Positions 47,311 to 57,961 of a DNA stretch of 64,000 bases are shown in pieces. The notes under the pieces were generated by a model that saw nothing but the letters and a program-made list of their open reading frames with translations, was not told the origin of the DNA and searched no databases. The first letter of the stretch is position 1; each line of letters opens with the position of its first letter. The stretch comes from a bacterium (GTDB lineage: Bacteria; Patescibacteriota; Patescibacteriia; Magasanikbacterales; GWA2-37-8): the NCBI GenBank assembly GCA_043810165.1, contig JBDROJ010000030.1:866-64865 (forward strand), read 5' to 3'. Both the position numbers and the translations under genes were made by a program.

Positions 47311-47616
47311 ATGGGTAAATTTAAAAAAGGTCTTGTTTTAGGCGGGGCCTTGGGTGCATTATTAATGTGGCTGAACGCCACTCCAAAGGGAAAAGAAATG
47401 CGCGAAAAATTATTAAGCCATGCCGATGTTTTGTTTAAGGAATTAAAGGACAGCCTTGAACAATTAGACGGGCCTACCAGGGAAATGTATGATGCTTTGG
47501 TAGAGAGAGCCGTGGCCGAATATGCAGGCAAAAAAGAAATGGCCGTGGATATGAAGGCCAAATTGATCAAGGAATTGAAGAAAAGATGGTGTAAGCTGGA
47601 AAAAGAATTGAAATAA
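47311..47616 (+). CDS. YtxH-domain protein
   Basis: GLVLGGALGALL..ATPKGKEMREKL. Confidence 0.7.
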   Translation: MGKFKKGLVLGGALGALLMWLNATPKGKEMREKLLSHADVLFKELKDSLEQLDGPTREMYDALVERAVAEYAGKKEMAVDMKAKLIKELKKRWCKLEKELK

Positions 47617-47653
47617 CGTCAATAACACTGATTAAACACGAATAGTATTAATA

Positions 47654-49423
47654 CTATTCGTGTTTTTTAATATCTTCTATTGTAAGTTGCAGTTCACGAT
47701 TGCCATTCCACTCGTTTACGCCGATAGTGAATACCATATCAATTTTATCGCCAGGCTTTAAATTTTTTTTCCAATCAGACGGATGGCGTGTGCAATCGCC
47801 CAAGCCGAAGCCGATCGTCTTGCGCACAGTATGCGAATTATGTTTAACCATTAAGCGCAGATGCTTGCCATCTTGTCCAACCGGTTCAACGCCAGTTATG
47901 GTTAATTCACTGGCAGTATATTTAGGCTCTTCATTGGCTTGGCCAAACGGTTCAAATTTTTGTAGGAGATCGTATAAATTCCAGTCAACTTCTTCTAAGC
48001 TGACTTGGGCATCAATCATAATTTCAGGAATTATTTTTTTATTTCCAATAATTTTTTGAGCTTTTTTAACCATTGCCTGTTTAAATTCTTCCAATTGTTG
48101 GCTGTCTTTTAAAGTTAATCCGCACGCCTGTGGATGACCGCCGAATTTATCAAAAAATTCAGGCATGGATTGCAAAGCTTCTATCATATTAAATTCTGCA
48201 ATGCTTCGGCCCGAAGCGATGATTTCGTCTGTCATGGACATGGCCAAGACCGGCCGGTAGTAGCAGTCTTTTAGCCGGCTGGCTACCAGGCCCAGAATGC
48301 CTGTGGGCCAATCATTACCGCTAATAAAAATCATAGCACTATCTGTTTGTCCGGTTTCAATTATCTGTTGTTTTGCTTGAGTTACTAATTTTTCAGTAAG
48401 TTTTTGTCGATCCAGATTATTTTGATTTAATTGTCCAGCCAGGTCAATAGCTTGTTCTTGGGTTTGGGCCATGAGCAAGGCAAAAGCTGTGTTGGCGTGA
48501 TCCATTCGCCCGGCCGCATTTAAGCGCGGTATGACTTGAAAGCCAAGCCTTCTGGTATCCAATTTTCTTTTTAATTTTCGTTTTTCGTCAGATAGACTAG
48601 CTGTTTTAAACAATTCAAGCAATCCGATATTCTGTGTTTTATTCAGAACAATAAGTCCGTAGTGTACTAATGTGCGGGATTCTCCCAACAAGGGAACCAT
48701 ATCGCCAACAGTGGCTAGGGCGACCAGATCCAGCAACCATTTTTCAAAGCCTTCGTGCAAGTCTCCATCAGGTAGAGTTTGATTTTTTTCTTTATCATAT
48801 TTGAGCAAAGCTTGAATTAGCTTAAAAGCCACGCCTCCACCGGCAAGCCCTTTGTCAGGATATTTTTCTTTGGGCATCTTAGGATGGATAATAGCGTCAG
48901 CTTTGGGTATCTTATCCGGAATAGAATGATGGTCCGTAATGATTACTTGCAAACTAGCTTGTTTAATAGCTTTGATTTCATCATAATTGCTGATTCCGCA
49001 GTCGCAGGTTATAATCAAATCGGTTTTTTGCTTAATTAATTCTTCTACCGTATTAAGATTAATTCCATAGCCGTCAATTTCTCGATGCGGAAGAAATACG
49101 CTTACGTTTTTTGCTCCAAGTTTTTTTAAGCAGTTAATAATTATTGCGGCCGCGCATACTCCATCTGCATCATAATCGCCATGCACTACAATATTTTTTT
49201 GTTTTTTAATGGCTTCAAAAATAATTTTAACTGTTTTTTTCATGTCATTAAATAAAAAAGGATCATGCAGATCTTGCAAATAATCAGGATTTAAGAATTC
49301 ATCAATTTGAGATTGCTCCCGCAGTCCGCGATTCCAAAGAAGCCTGGCCACAATCGGTGGGAGTTCGGGATGTTGATTGTAGAATTCTGCTGGCGCGTCC
49401 GACAGAATATTCCATGTGGTCAT
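47654..49423 (-). CDS. recJ: ssDNA exonuclease RecJ
   Basis: GDYDADG, ITCDCG, TDHH, PRLNAAGR, GGHPQA, EPFGQAN. Confidence 0.96.
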   Translation of the reverse strand: MTTWNILSDAPAEFYNQHPELPPIVARLLWNRGLREQSQIDEFLNPDYLQDLHDPFLFNDMKKTVKIIFEAIKKQKNIVVHGDYDADGVCAAAIIINCLKKLGAKNVSVFLPHREIDGYGINLNTVEELIKQKTDLIITCDCGISNYDEIKAIKQASLQVIITDHHSIPDKIPKADAIIHPKMPKEKYPDKGLAGGGVAFKLIQALLKYDKEKNQTLPDGDLHEGFEKWLLDLVALATVGDMVPLLGESRTLVHYGLIVLNKTQNIGLLELFKTASLSDEKRKLKRKLDTRRLGFQVIPRLNAAGRMDHANTAFALLMAQTQEQAIDLAGQLNQNNLDRQKLTEKLVTQAKQQIIETGQTDSAMIFISGNDWPTGILGLVASRLKDCYYRPVLAMSMTDEIIASGRSIAEFNMIEALQSMPEFFDKFGGHPQACGLTLKDSQQLEEFKQAMVKKAQKIIGNKKIIPEIMIDAQVSLEEVDWNLYDLLQKFEPFGQANEEPKYTASELTITGVEPVGQDGKHLRLMVKHNSHTVRKTIGFGLGDCTRHPSDWKKNLKPGDKIDMVFTIGVNEWNGNRELQLTIEDIKKHE

Positions 49424-49806
49424 AAAGATTTTTTTAGTTTTATGTCTTTAAAATCCCAATATGAATCAGCCAATAATAAGGTAAAAGCCAGGAAGAACGC
49501 ATTAACTGACCAATAATCGCGAGCAGAAATTGGAGTGGCATAACTATTAAATAAAGCTACGCCTAAAATTATCCAATAGACCAGGCTTTTGCCAGTTAAA
49601 TTTTTTCGTTCTGATAATTTGATTTTTGCGCGCATGCACAGAGAGAATATTAAATAAAACAGTAAGAGCGGTCCGGAAACAAGCCATTCATAGTCATGCG
49701 GATCTTGTCCCAAATTTTTTAAGATGTAAAAAACAGTCCAGACTATTAAAATTAAGGCAAAAAATAAAAATATAATATCTAGTTGATATTTTTTTAATAA
49801 TTTCAT
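49420..49806 (-). CDS. Four-TM membrane hypothetical protein
   Basis: Hydrophobic segments; overlaps recJ start by 4 nt. Confidence 0.65.
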   Translation of the reverse strand: MKLLKKYQLDIIFLFFALILIVWTVFYILKNLGQDPHDYEWLVSGPLLLFYLIFSLCMRAKIKLSERKNLTGKSLVYWIILGVALFNSYATPISARDYWSVNAFFLAFTLLLADSYWDFKDIKLKKSL

Positions 49807-49889
49807 AAATTTATTCTTATAATTTTGGTCGGGATGATAATGAAACAATGCTACGTTAGATCCCGGACCGTGGAGTGAATGTTCAGAAA

Positions 49890-49985
49890 TTAATAAAAAG
49901 CAGGAAGGATTGTAAAGAAGATCATGGCTATTATTGCCAATAAGGAGATTACAATCCAGATTTTTTTAAATGTTTTTGGTTTCAT
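49890..49985 (-). CDS. 31-aa single-TM small protein; not in ORF track
   Basis: Manual translation MKPKTFKKIWIVISLLAIIAMIFFTILPAFY, 10 nt after the lepA stop. Confidence 0.5.
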   Translation of the reverse strand: MKPKTFKKIWIVISLLAIIAMIFFTILPAFY

Positions 49986-49995
49986 GATAATGTTG

Positions 49996-51783
49996 TTATC
50001 TTTTTAATACAGCCATATAAGTACTATTGGGTATGTCGACCTTGCCCTTGCCAATGGACAGCATTTTTTTCTTGCCTTTTTTTTGTTTTTCCAATAGTTT
50101 TCTTTTGCGAGTAACATCACCGCCGTATAATTTGGCAGTCACATCTTTACGCATGGCAGATAGTCTTTCGGAGGCAATTATTTTTCCGCCAACAGCGGCT
50201 TGGATTTTTAAAACGAATTGTTGGCGCGGTAAAGTTTTTTTAAGGGTTTCTACAATTTTTTTACCAATTTTAAAGGCATCATCACGCCAAACCAGTGTGG
50301 CTAATGCCTCAACCTGGTCTTCGGCCACCAAAATATCCAGCTTAACCACGTCTGTCTTTTCGTACTGATTAAATTCATAGTTCATTGAGCCATATCCGGA
50401 GGTCGTAGTTTTTAGTTTATCATAAAAATCGGTTATAAGCGAGGCTAGAGGAATTTCATAATGCAACATGGCTCGCTGGTCATTGCCAGTGCTCAAATAC
50501 TCAGTATTTAAGTAGCGTCCTTTTTTATCAATTACCAAGTTCATAATATTGCCTATATATTCTTTTGGAGTAATAAGGTCAAGTTTCATCCATGGTTCCA
50601 TTATCTCGCCAACTCGGCTGGCATCGGGCAGTTCTTGAGGACTATGTATGACTTTTTTTTGTCCATTAGTTTCGGTTATATTGTAGGCCACGCTAGGCAC
50701 AGTTACAATTATATTTAAGCCATGCTCACGGCGCAATCGTTCTTGGAAAATATCCAAGTGTAGAAGGCCTAAAAAACCGCAACGAAAGCCAAAGCCCAGA
50801 GCCAGAGAATTTTCTGGTTCATAAGCCAGAGAAGAGTCACTTAATTTTAATTTGTCCAAAGCTTCGCGCAGTTGTTCATAATCACCGCCTTCTTTTGGAA
50901 AGATTCCAGCATAAACCATGGGTTTTACTTCTCGGTATCCTGGTAGGGCTTTGGCTCCGGAGCCGGAGGCTGCGATAGTATCTCCAACACGGCATTGTTT
51001 TAAGTCTTTAAGGCCGGTAACAACATATCCGATTTCACCATTTAATATCTTTTCACTGGGTTTAAACTTAGGAGTATAATATCCAATCTCTAAAATTTCA
51101 GCATCTTTTTGCGTACCAAAAAAATTGATTTTATCTCCCTTGCACAATTCTCCGTCAAATACTCTGACCGAGGCAATCACGCCACGGTAATCATCATAAT
51201 GAGAATCAAAAATCATGGCTCGGCTAGTACGGCCTGTATTGTCAGGCGGAGCAGGTATTTGTTTAATAATCGCTTCCAATAACTGTTCCACGCCTTGGCC
51301 GGTTTTGGCTGAACATAACAAGATGTCTTGTTCCCTGCATCCGATCAAGTGGATTATTTCTTGTTTTACCTTATCAATGTCAGCCGAAGGCATGTCAATT
51401 TTGTTGATCACCGGAATAATGGTCAGATCCTGCTCTATGGCCAAATAAAGATTGCCTATTGTCTGGGCTTGAACGCCTTGGGTTGCATCCACGAGCAGTA
51501 TAGTGCCTTCTACTGCGGCAAGTGATCGGGATACCTCATAATTAAAGTCCACATGGCCCGGAGTATCAATTAAATTCAAAATATAGTTTTGATATTTCAT
51601 TCTTACCGGTGTAAGTTTAATGGTAATTCCGCGTTCTTGCTCAAGCTCCATTGAATCAAGAAGTTGGGATTTCATATTTCTTTTTTCCACTGTATTGGTT
51701 AATTCTAAAAACCTATCAGCCAGCGTGGATTTGCCATGATCAATATGTGCAATTATACAGAAGTTGCGAAGGTTTTTGTTCAT
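49996..51783 (-). CDS. lepA: Translation elongation factor 4
   Basis: RNFCIIAHIDHGKSTLADR, ERGITIK, DTPGH, KDVTAKLYGGDVTRKRKLL; true start MNKNL at 51783. Confidence 0.97.
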   Translation of the reverse strand: MNKNLRNFCIIAHIDHGKSTLADRFLELTNTVEKRNMKSQLLDSMELEQERGITIKLTPVRMKYQNYILNLIDTPGHVDFNYEVSRSLAAVEGTILLVDATQGVQAQTIGNLYLAIEQDLTIIPVINKIDMPSADIDKVKQEIIHLIGCREQDILLCSAKTGQGVEQLLEAIIKQIPAPPDNTGRTSRAMIFDSHYDDYRGVIASVRVFDGELCKGDKINFFGTQKDAEILEIGYYTPKFKPSEKILNGEIGYVVTGLKDLKQCRVGDTIAASGSGAKALPGYREVKPMVYAGIFPKEGGDYEQLREALDKLKLSDSSLAYEPENSLALGFGFRCGFLGLLHLDIFQERLRREHGLNIIVTVPSVAYNITETNGQKKVIHSPQELPDASRVGEIMEPWMKLDLITPKEYIGNIMNLVIDKKGRYLNTEYLSTGNDQRAMLHYEIPLASLITDFYDKLKTTTSGYGSMNYEFNQYEKTDVVKLDILVAEDQVEALATLVWRDDAFKIGKKIVETLKKTLPRQQFVLKIQAAVGGKIIASERLSAMRKDVTAKLYGGDVTRKRKLLEKQKKGKKKMLSIGKGKVDIPNSTYMAVLKR

Positions 51784-51791
51784 GTTTTTAA

Positions 51792-53111
51792 TTAAATTGA
51801 TGCCGCAGCAAAGGCAAATAAGGTCATAAAGCCCAATAATACATGCGTGACAATCCACAATACAACTAACGATATTAGTAATTTTTCGTTGGATAATGTT
51901 TTTCTTGGTATGTATGATAGAATTGCCAACAGTAAGAATCCGAGTATGTTTACCAGTAGAATGGACATCCATTTATATGGGATAATAGAAGAAAATGCAT
52001 AAGTACTTCCAAGAATCCAGAGATCGGTAATTCTTAAGCCAAAAATTATTATCGTTTCATATATTGGGGGGGCGGTTTTCGGTACAGTTTTTAAGGCTAA
52101 GTGAAAAATGTCAGGAATTATTTTACACAACAAAGTAATTACCATACTCATTCCAGTTGCTGGAATTAAGAAAAATAGACCTTCTTTTTTTCTGATTGCT
52201 AAATATAGTATATAGAGGGCTATAAGAAAAACCAAATTGACTATGATTTCGTGAATGCTAGTATTGTATCCATCTATCAAGTAATTATATTGTTTTGTTT
52301 TACAATTTTGTTTAAGCCAAAGAGTTTTAATTCGACTACAAAGCTGGTAGTTTTTGGTTTTACTGGATATATAATCATAACAATGGTCTTTTAACAGGTC
52401 ATTTTTTATTAAATTACATTTTTTTTCATCTAATAATAATTTTATACAATAACCAAAATTTTCACTATCAGTTTTAAAATAATAGCAAGGAGTTGGGTCC
52501 TGATTTTTTTGCACTAAAAAATCTATACATCTGGTTTTTTCTTGCTGGGGTAGTATATCTTTGCAGGTGTCATTTGGTAAACTTGTTTTTCTGTCTTTAA
52601 ATAAGGCTTCTATACAATAAAAATTACCTGTTTTAAGACATAGGTCGGTATCCTGGGTAGCAACGGCTACTTTGGCTTTGCAATAAGATCGTTCATCTTT
52701 GAATATATCATCAATTTTGTTGCAACAAGGAGTGGTTTTACATCTTTCTAGATAGCACCACCTTCGATTATTAGAAGATCTTAATTCATCACAGCTATAA
52801 TTTGGTTTTATTATTTTCAAAGCATCATCATAACATCCATCTCTAGTGCCAGTGCTTTGGTCAGAATGAAATTTATTACTTGGATTAAAAGAATAGTCGC
52901 ACAGAGACAAGTCGGCTTTATTTGCAGTAATTATTTTTTCAATGCAATATATATCAACCCAGCTTTCTTTAGTAGTACATTTTATTATATGCTCATCATA
53001 TTCTATTTTGGTTGAGGTGGGGATAATAGCGTTCGGGTCTCTGGCCTGACTAATACCGGGAATCAACAAAATAAAGGCGATAAGGACTAAATAGATTTTG
53101 ATTGATCGCAT
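51792..53111 (-). CDS. Secreted Cys-rich repeat protein with C-terminal multi-TM domain
   Basis: Signal peptide, repeated C..I......CY units, several C-terminal TMs. Confidence 0.7.
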   Translation of the reverse strand: MRSIKIYLVLIAFILLIPGISQARDPNAIIPTSTKIEYDEHIIKCTTKESWVDIYCIEKIITANKADLSLCDYSFNPSNKFHSDQSTGTRDGCYDDALKIIKPNYSCDELRSSNNRRWCYLERCKTTPCCNKIDDIFKDERSYCKAKVAVATQDTDLCLKTGNFYCIEALFKDRKTSLPNDTCKDILPQQEKTRCIDFLVQKNQDPTPCYYFKTDSENFGYCIKLLLDEKKCNLIKNDLLKDHCYDYISSKTKNYQLCSRIKTLWLKQNCKTKQYNYLIDGYNTSIHEIIVNLVFLIALYILYLAIRKKEGLFFLIPATGMSMVITLLCKIIPDIFHLALKTVPKTAPPIYETIIIFGLRITDLWILGSTYAFSSIIPYKWMSILLVNILGFLLLAILSYIPRKTLSNEKLLISLVVLWIVTHVLLGFMTLFAFAAASI

Positions 53112-53313
53112 ATGGTATGGATATTAAAGTTATTAGCCTTATTATAGAGCCAATCCAGGTTTTTGGCAAGGGCATATAGCTTGACAAAACCGCTAAAATG
53201 TGCAATATTGCACGCCCCTAATTTAAAAAACATCCCAACAGGATGATTTTTTGTTTGGAAATTTGTAGATTAAATCTGAATATTCCCCGTCAGCTTGTTG
53301 CGGGGTAATTCAT

Positions 53314-54930
53314 TTAATTTTTCAAATCAACGCTCTCTTTGATTTCCACTTTTCGCAGGCGTAACCATTTTCTTTTAAAACTATCTTTAAATTGTAGAAA
53401 TTCAGGCACTCTTAATAAATAGCAAATAAAACAATAAACAAATAGTCCGACTACACCAGCGATCAGGCCTTGTAAAAAAATGCCGATAAAATAATTTTGG
53501 TCAAATTGCAGAGCCAAAGGATATTTTAAGTATTGAACCACAGAAGCCATGACTAATCCTGCAAAAGCAATTCGCCAGAATGAAGAAAATAATTTATGCT
53601 CTTCAAAAGAACCAGTAATGCCACGCAGACTTCCGGCCAGTAAAAATAAGTTTAATATGGCGCCAATGGAAAAAGCCAAAGCAAGACCGGCCACGCCCAA
53701 TGACTTCATTAATAATAGAGCCGCAATAATGGTTACCAGTTCAGAAATAATAGCAATCACAAAAGGAGTTTTAGTGTTTTCCAAAGCATAAAAAGCCCGG
53801 CAGAATAAAGGAATTAAAGATTGAGCGAATAAGCTTAAAACAAAAAAAGCCAGAGTATCAGCCGTATTAATGGTGTCTGACCAAGTAAAAGCTCCGCTTC
53901 CTAATACAACTCTGACAATTTGAGCGCGTAGTAATAAAAAGATCAATGAAATTGGAACCACCAAGAATAATACTTGTCTGATGGATATGGACAAGTGTTT
54001 TATAAATTTTTTTTCATCGTTCTCAGCAACTGCTGCAGATAGAACCGGAAACACAGCCAAAGCAAATGGGATGCCTATTATGCCTGTTGGCACGCCCTGA
54101 AGATTGTTAGCATAGTTGAAAATGGCTATACTGCCCACCGGGAGCAAAGAAGCCATTATTGTAAATATTACAATATTAATTTGGCTGACTGCTAGACTCA
54201 AAGTGCGCGGTATCATTAATTTTCCCACCAATAAAGTTTCTTTGTCTCTGAAATCAAATACTGGTTTCCAACGATAGCCTTGTGCATAAGCGCCATAAGT
54301 CTGCATAATAAGATGAATTAAGGCCCCTAATACAACACCCCAGGCCAAAGCCTTAATTCCAAAATATGGAACAAGCACAACAACGCCAAAAATTATTCCT
54401 ACATTATAGAATATCGGGGCAATGGAAAAAATTAAAAAACTGCGCAAAGATTGTAGTATTGTTCCCATAATCATTGATATGCTTAGCAATAACATGGAAA
54501 TGAACATGATACGGCCGAAGCTAACCGCCAATTGAGTTGTACTTTGATCAAATCCAGGCGCCAAGTATGGGATTAATTTGGGCATATAAATTATGCCTAG
54601 TATGGTTAATAAAAATACCAGACTGCCTAAAATATTTAAAATATTGCTGGCTAACCGCCAAGCCGATTCTTGATTTTGCTTGGTCATCAACTTGGTAAAA
54701 ATCGGTATAAAGCCAGCGCTAATTGCGCCTACAATTAAAAGATTATACACCATATCAGGCATCTTGAAGGCTGTATAATATGCATCCATAATTTCAGAAG
54801 CGCGGAAGTGGTGGGCGAACATACGTTCGCGAAACAGCCCGACCAGACGGCTAGCCAAAGCAGTACATGAAATTAAAATTGCCGCGCCTGTTACGCTTTT
54901 GGATTGTCCGTTTAAGATGCGCGAGAGCAT
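53314..54930 (-). CDS. murJ: Lipid II flippase MurJ
   Basis: SRLVGLFRE, DAYYTAFKMPD, AGFIP, AVFP, RAFYA..TKTP. Confidence 0.93.
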   Translation of the reverse strand: MLSRILNGQSKSVTGAAILISCTALASRLVGLFRERMFAHHFRASEIMDAYYTAFKMPDMVYNLLIVGAISAGFIPIFTKLMTKQNQESAWRLASNILNILGSLVFLLTILGIIYMPKLIPYLAPGFDQSTTQLAVSFGRIMFISMLLLSISMIMGTILQSLRSFLIFSIAPIFYNVGIIFGVVVLVPYFGIKALAWGVVLGALIHLIMQTYGAYAQGYRWKPVFDFRDKETLLVGKLMIPRTLSLAVSQINIVIFTIMASLLPVGSIAIFNYANNLQGVPTGIIGIPFALAVFPVLSAAVAENDEKKFIKHLSISIRQVLFLVVPISLIFLLLRAQIVRVVLGSGAFTWSDTINTADTLAFFVLSLFAQSLIPLFCRAFYALENTKTPFVIAIISELVTIIAALLLMKSLGVAGLALAFSIGAILNLFLLAGSLRGITGSFEEHKLFSSFWRIAFAGLVMASVVQYLKYPLALQFDQNYFIGIFLQGLIAGVVGLFVYCFICYLLRVPEFLQFKDSFKRKWLRLRKVEIKESVDLKN

Positions 54931-54940
54931 GAAGGTTTGA

Positions 54941-55636
54941 TTAATAAGCAGGAGTGCTTGTATTTGTTTGTGGATAATAATTAACTATCAAATTGGCTAC
55001 ATTGGTTCCGGAGTTGTTTTGGTCGGTTTGGGTGTAAAATGATCCAGCTATGCTTTGTTTTTTGAAAGAGAATCCTTTTTGAGTATCAGTATCACTTTCA
55101 GGAGTGATTACATAATCATATCTTAGAAGCATACTTTGATAATATGAATACAGAAATTTTAAATCAGCATTTAAGTTTTTCCATTCTACTTTAATAATAT
55201 TCCGCTTATCACTCACCGGCGAGTTAACTATATTCCACATATTTTTGTAAATGGAAAGTTTGTCCTTGCCTGGCTCAACCATTTGATCTTTTTCCAAAAC
55301 CGAAATTAAAGGAGTTAAAATTAATTTTGGAAAAATAGCCGATACCTCAATTACTCTATTTTTATATTCACCGGATACATAAGTAATTGTTTCAATATGT
55401 TCTTTATCATAAATCGGTATCTCGGCTGGAAAATCGCTTGGTATGGCCGATACTTGTTGAGGGCCCACGCCAAGAGCATATTTTAATAGCAATACAATAA
55501 TTACTATAAAAATAATAAAACAACCGCAACCTCCCACGCAACTGCGTTTTATGACAGAAAAGGCAGTATATTTGCGGGTAATTTCTTCCAAAGGCGGTTC
55601 TTTGATTTCAACGTCTTTTATTATGTCGCGTCTCAT
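54941..55636 (-). CDS. Membrane-anchored hypothetical protein
   Basis: SCVGGCGC followed by TM; PSDFPAEIPIY motif. Confidence 0.65.
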   Translation of the reverse strand: MRRDIIKDVEIKEPPLEEITRKYTAFSVIKRSCVGGCGCFIIFIVIIVLLLKYALGVGPQQVSAIPSDFPAEIPIYDKEHIETITYVSGEYKNRVIEVSAIFPKLILTPLISVLEKDQMVEPGKDKLSIYKNMWNIVNSPVSDKRNIIKVEWKNLNADLKFLYSYYQSMLLRYDYVITPESDTDTQKGFSFKKQSIAGSFYTQTDQNNSGTNVANLIVNYYPQTNTSTPAY

Positions 55637-55749
55637 AGTTGAAATTATTGTAGCAAAAAATTGCGGTTTTGTATAGTTGTGCTATACTTTAAAATAATAG
55701 AATTCATACTAAGTTTTTTAAATTAGTGGATATAGATAATAGGCATCTC

Positions 55750-55863
55750 TGTCATTGCGAGCGTAGCGAAGCAATCTCGTTATTACTAGAACCAACGAGA
55801 TTGCCGTGTCGTCGCTCCGCTCCTCCTCGCAATGACAATGTTATCACACTTCTCGCAATGACA
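55750..55863. repeat. Full palindromic repeat (REPIN-like)
   Basis: TGTCATTGCGAGCGTAGCGAAGCAATCTCGTTATTACTAGAACCAACGAGATTGCC..CTCGCAATGACA twice. Confidence 0.88.
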
Positions 55864-55910
55864 GATCTGACTAATTTAAGTTGAATATAAAAGTATTAAT
55901 ACAAATTTTT

Positions 55911-57272
55911 ATGAAAATATCTTTTCATGGTGCGGCTGGTGAAGTCACCGGATCGTGCAGTTTGGTAAAAACTGAACAAGAAAAATTTTTGATTGATTGC
56001 GGAATGTTTCAGGGTGGTAAAAAAACCGAACAGCAGAATTTGGAGGAATTTAGTTTTAATCCAATGGAATTAGATTGTGTGATTATTACTCATGCCCACC
56101 TTGATCACATTGGTCGTCTGCCATTATTAATTAAAGCCGGTTATCAAGGTCCAATTTATGCTACTACTGCTACTGCCGATTTAGCCAAATTAATTTTAGA
56201 AGACGCTTTGCATGTCATGCAACAAAATTACAAACATCACAGCGATCCGGTTTTGTATGATAGTACAGATGTATCAGCTTGCTTGCAACAGTTTAAGATA
56301 ACTGACTATGGTTCAGCTACTATCATTAAAAACAAAGCAAAGTTTACTTTTCATGATGCAGGACATATTTTTGGATCAGCTTTTGTGGAGATAGAAGCTG
56401 GTGGTAAACATGTAATATTTTCTGGCGACGTGGGCAATTGTGATGTGCCAATTTTAAGAGAGACCGAAAATTTACCCAATGGACTAGACCTGGTGGTCTG
56501 CGAATCAACTTATGGTGGACGTATTCATGAAGCCAAAACCAACCAACAAAGAGAAGAAATAATTGAAGGTATGATTGTTGAAGCCCTTGGTCGTGGTGGT
56601 ACATTAATGATACCTTCTTTTGCTTTAGAACGTACCCAGCAATTATTATATTTATTAAACGAATTAATTGACAGAAAAAAAGTTTTGCCGCGCGTGCCCA
56701 TATTTTTAGACAGCCCGCTCGCAATCAAAGCCACCGAAGTATATCGTCGTTTTCCTAAATATTATGATCAAGAAGCCAGAAAATTATATCAAGCCGATGA
56801 CGACCTATTTAATTTCCCGGGTTTAACTTTTACTGAAACCGTGGAACAATCAAAAAGCATTAATCAGGTGCCTGGCTCAAAAATAATTATTGCCGGAGCC
56901 GGCATGATGAATGGCGGTAGAATTTTGCATCATGCAATGCGCCATTTGTCAGACAACAGCAGTACATTATTATTTATCGGATACCAAGCTAATGGTACAT
57001 TGGGTCGGCAAATATTGGATGGAGTATCGCAAGTAAAAATAATGAAAGAAAAAATACCAGTTAAATGTAAAGTGCGCGCCATCGGTGCTTTGTCAGCTCA
57101 TGCTGATCAATCTAAAATTTTAGATTGGTTGGGTAACACCAAGGTAGCGCCTAAACAAGTGATTTTAAATCATGGAGAAATTGACCAGTCTGAAGTTGTG
57201 TTGCAGAGGATTGAGCATGAATTAGGAATTAAAACAAAGTTGGCAGAAATTGATCGGTGGTTTAAAATTTAA
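55911..57272 (+). CDS. Metallo-beta-lactamase / beta-CASP ribonuclease
   Basis: GAAGEVTGS, DCGMFQG, THAHLDH, AGHIFG, ESTYG, SAHAD, HGE. Confidence 0.92.
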   Translation: MKISFHGAAGEVTGSCSLVKTEQEKFLIDCGMFQGGKKTEQQNLEEFSFNPMELDCVIITHAHLDHIGRLPLLIKAGYQGPIYATTATADLAKLILEDALHVMQQNYKHHSDPVLYDSTDVSACLQQFKITDYGSATIIKNKAKFTFHDAGHIFGSAFVEIEAGGKHVIFSGDVGNCDVPILRETENLPNGLDLVVCESTYGGRIHEAKTNQQREEIIEGMIVEALGRGGTLMIPSFALERTQQLLYLLNELIDRKKVLPRVPIFLDSPLAIKATEVYRRFPKYYDQEARKLYQADDDLFNFPGLTFTETVEQSKSINQVPGSKIIIAGAGMMNGGRILHHAMRHLSDNSSTLLFIGYQANGTLGRQILDGVSQVKIMKEKIPVKCKVRAIGALSAHADQSKILDWLGNTKVAPKQVILNHGEIDQSEVVLQRIEHELGIKTKLAEIDRWFKI

Positions 57273-57323
57273 GTCATTGTGAATATGCAGGCCTGCCTAG
57301 CGGGCAGGCTACTCCTAGCGATA
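57273..57323. repeat. Degenerate repeat with nested GCCTGCCTAGCGGGCAGGC
   Basis: Same 19-bp palindrome as at ~26454. Confidence 0.6.
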
Positions 57324-57400
57324 GCAAGAACACCTATTAAGAATCGTCCAAGAATCAAGTCGGGCGATTTTTTTGTTAATTAGATTTAATTACCAAAATC

Positions 57401-57480
57401 TGTGGATAACTGTGGCTATTTGTGTTTGACCAGGATGGAGAAGTGGTGTAAAATGGATTGTAGTGGGGAAAGGTGGGGAA
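57401..57480 (+). promoter_or_regulatory. mraZ promoter with MraZ boxes and a DnaA-box match
   Basis: TTGACC(57426)-17 nt-TAAAAT(57449); (G/A)TGG at 57443, 57453, 57463, 57473 (10-bp period); TGTGGATAA at 57401. Confidence 0.75.
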
Positions 57481-57526
57481 TTTTTAGAAAAACCTCAAAA
57501 TTTTTCCAGTTGTTTAAGCTCTATAC

Positions 57527-57958
57527 ATGTTCATCGGTGAATATAGCCACAACCTAGACAATAAAGGAAGGCTGGCCATACCAGTCAAATTTAGGCGTGA
57601 TTTGGCTAAAGGAGCCGTGGTCACACACGGACTTGATAAGTGCTTGTTTTTATACACTGGAACAGAATGGCAAGTACTGGCCGAAAAGCTAGCTGGCTTG
57701 CCGTTTAGCCAGGCCAAAGCCAGGGCATTTGCCCGCCTAATGCTGGCCGGCGCAATGGATGTAAAATTGGACAAGCAAGGTCGGATCATATTGCCTGAAT
57801 ATTTGCGCAGGTTCGCAGGTTTAAAGAAAAATACAATAGTAGCTGGATTATTCAACCGCTTGGAAATCTGGGATGATGAAATATGGAATAACTATAAAAC
57901 TAAAACCGAGAAACAAAGCAGTGAAATAGCGGAAAGAATGGGGGAGTTAGGAATCTAG
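57527..57958 (+). CDS. mraZ: Transcriptional regulator MraZ
   Basis: MFIGEYSHNLDNKGRLAIP, DKQGRIILP, RLEIWD. Confidence 0.96.
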   Translation: MFIGEYSHNLDNKGRLAIPVKFRRDLAKGAVVTHGLDKCLFLYTGTEWQVLAEKLAGLPFSQAKARAFARLMLAGAMDVKLDKQGRIILPEYLRRFAGLKKNTIVAGLFNRLEIWDDEIWNNYKTKTEKQSSEIAERMGELGI

Positions 57959-57961
57959 AAT

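Noticed and set aside
51784-51972. N-terminal extension of LepA (also of MurA 27857, epimerase 38734, GT 45641)
   Set aside because: ORF-caller extensions overlapping neighbours; family-typical N-termini begin at downstream ATGs
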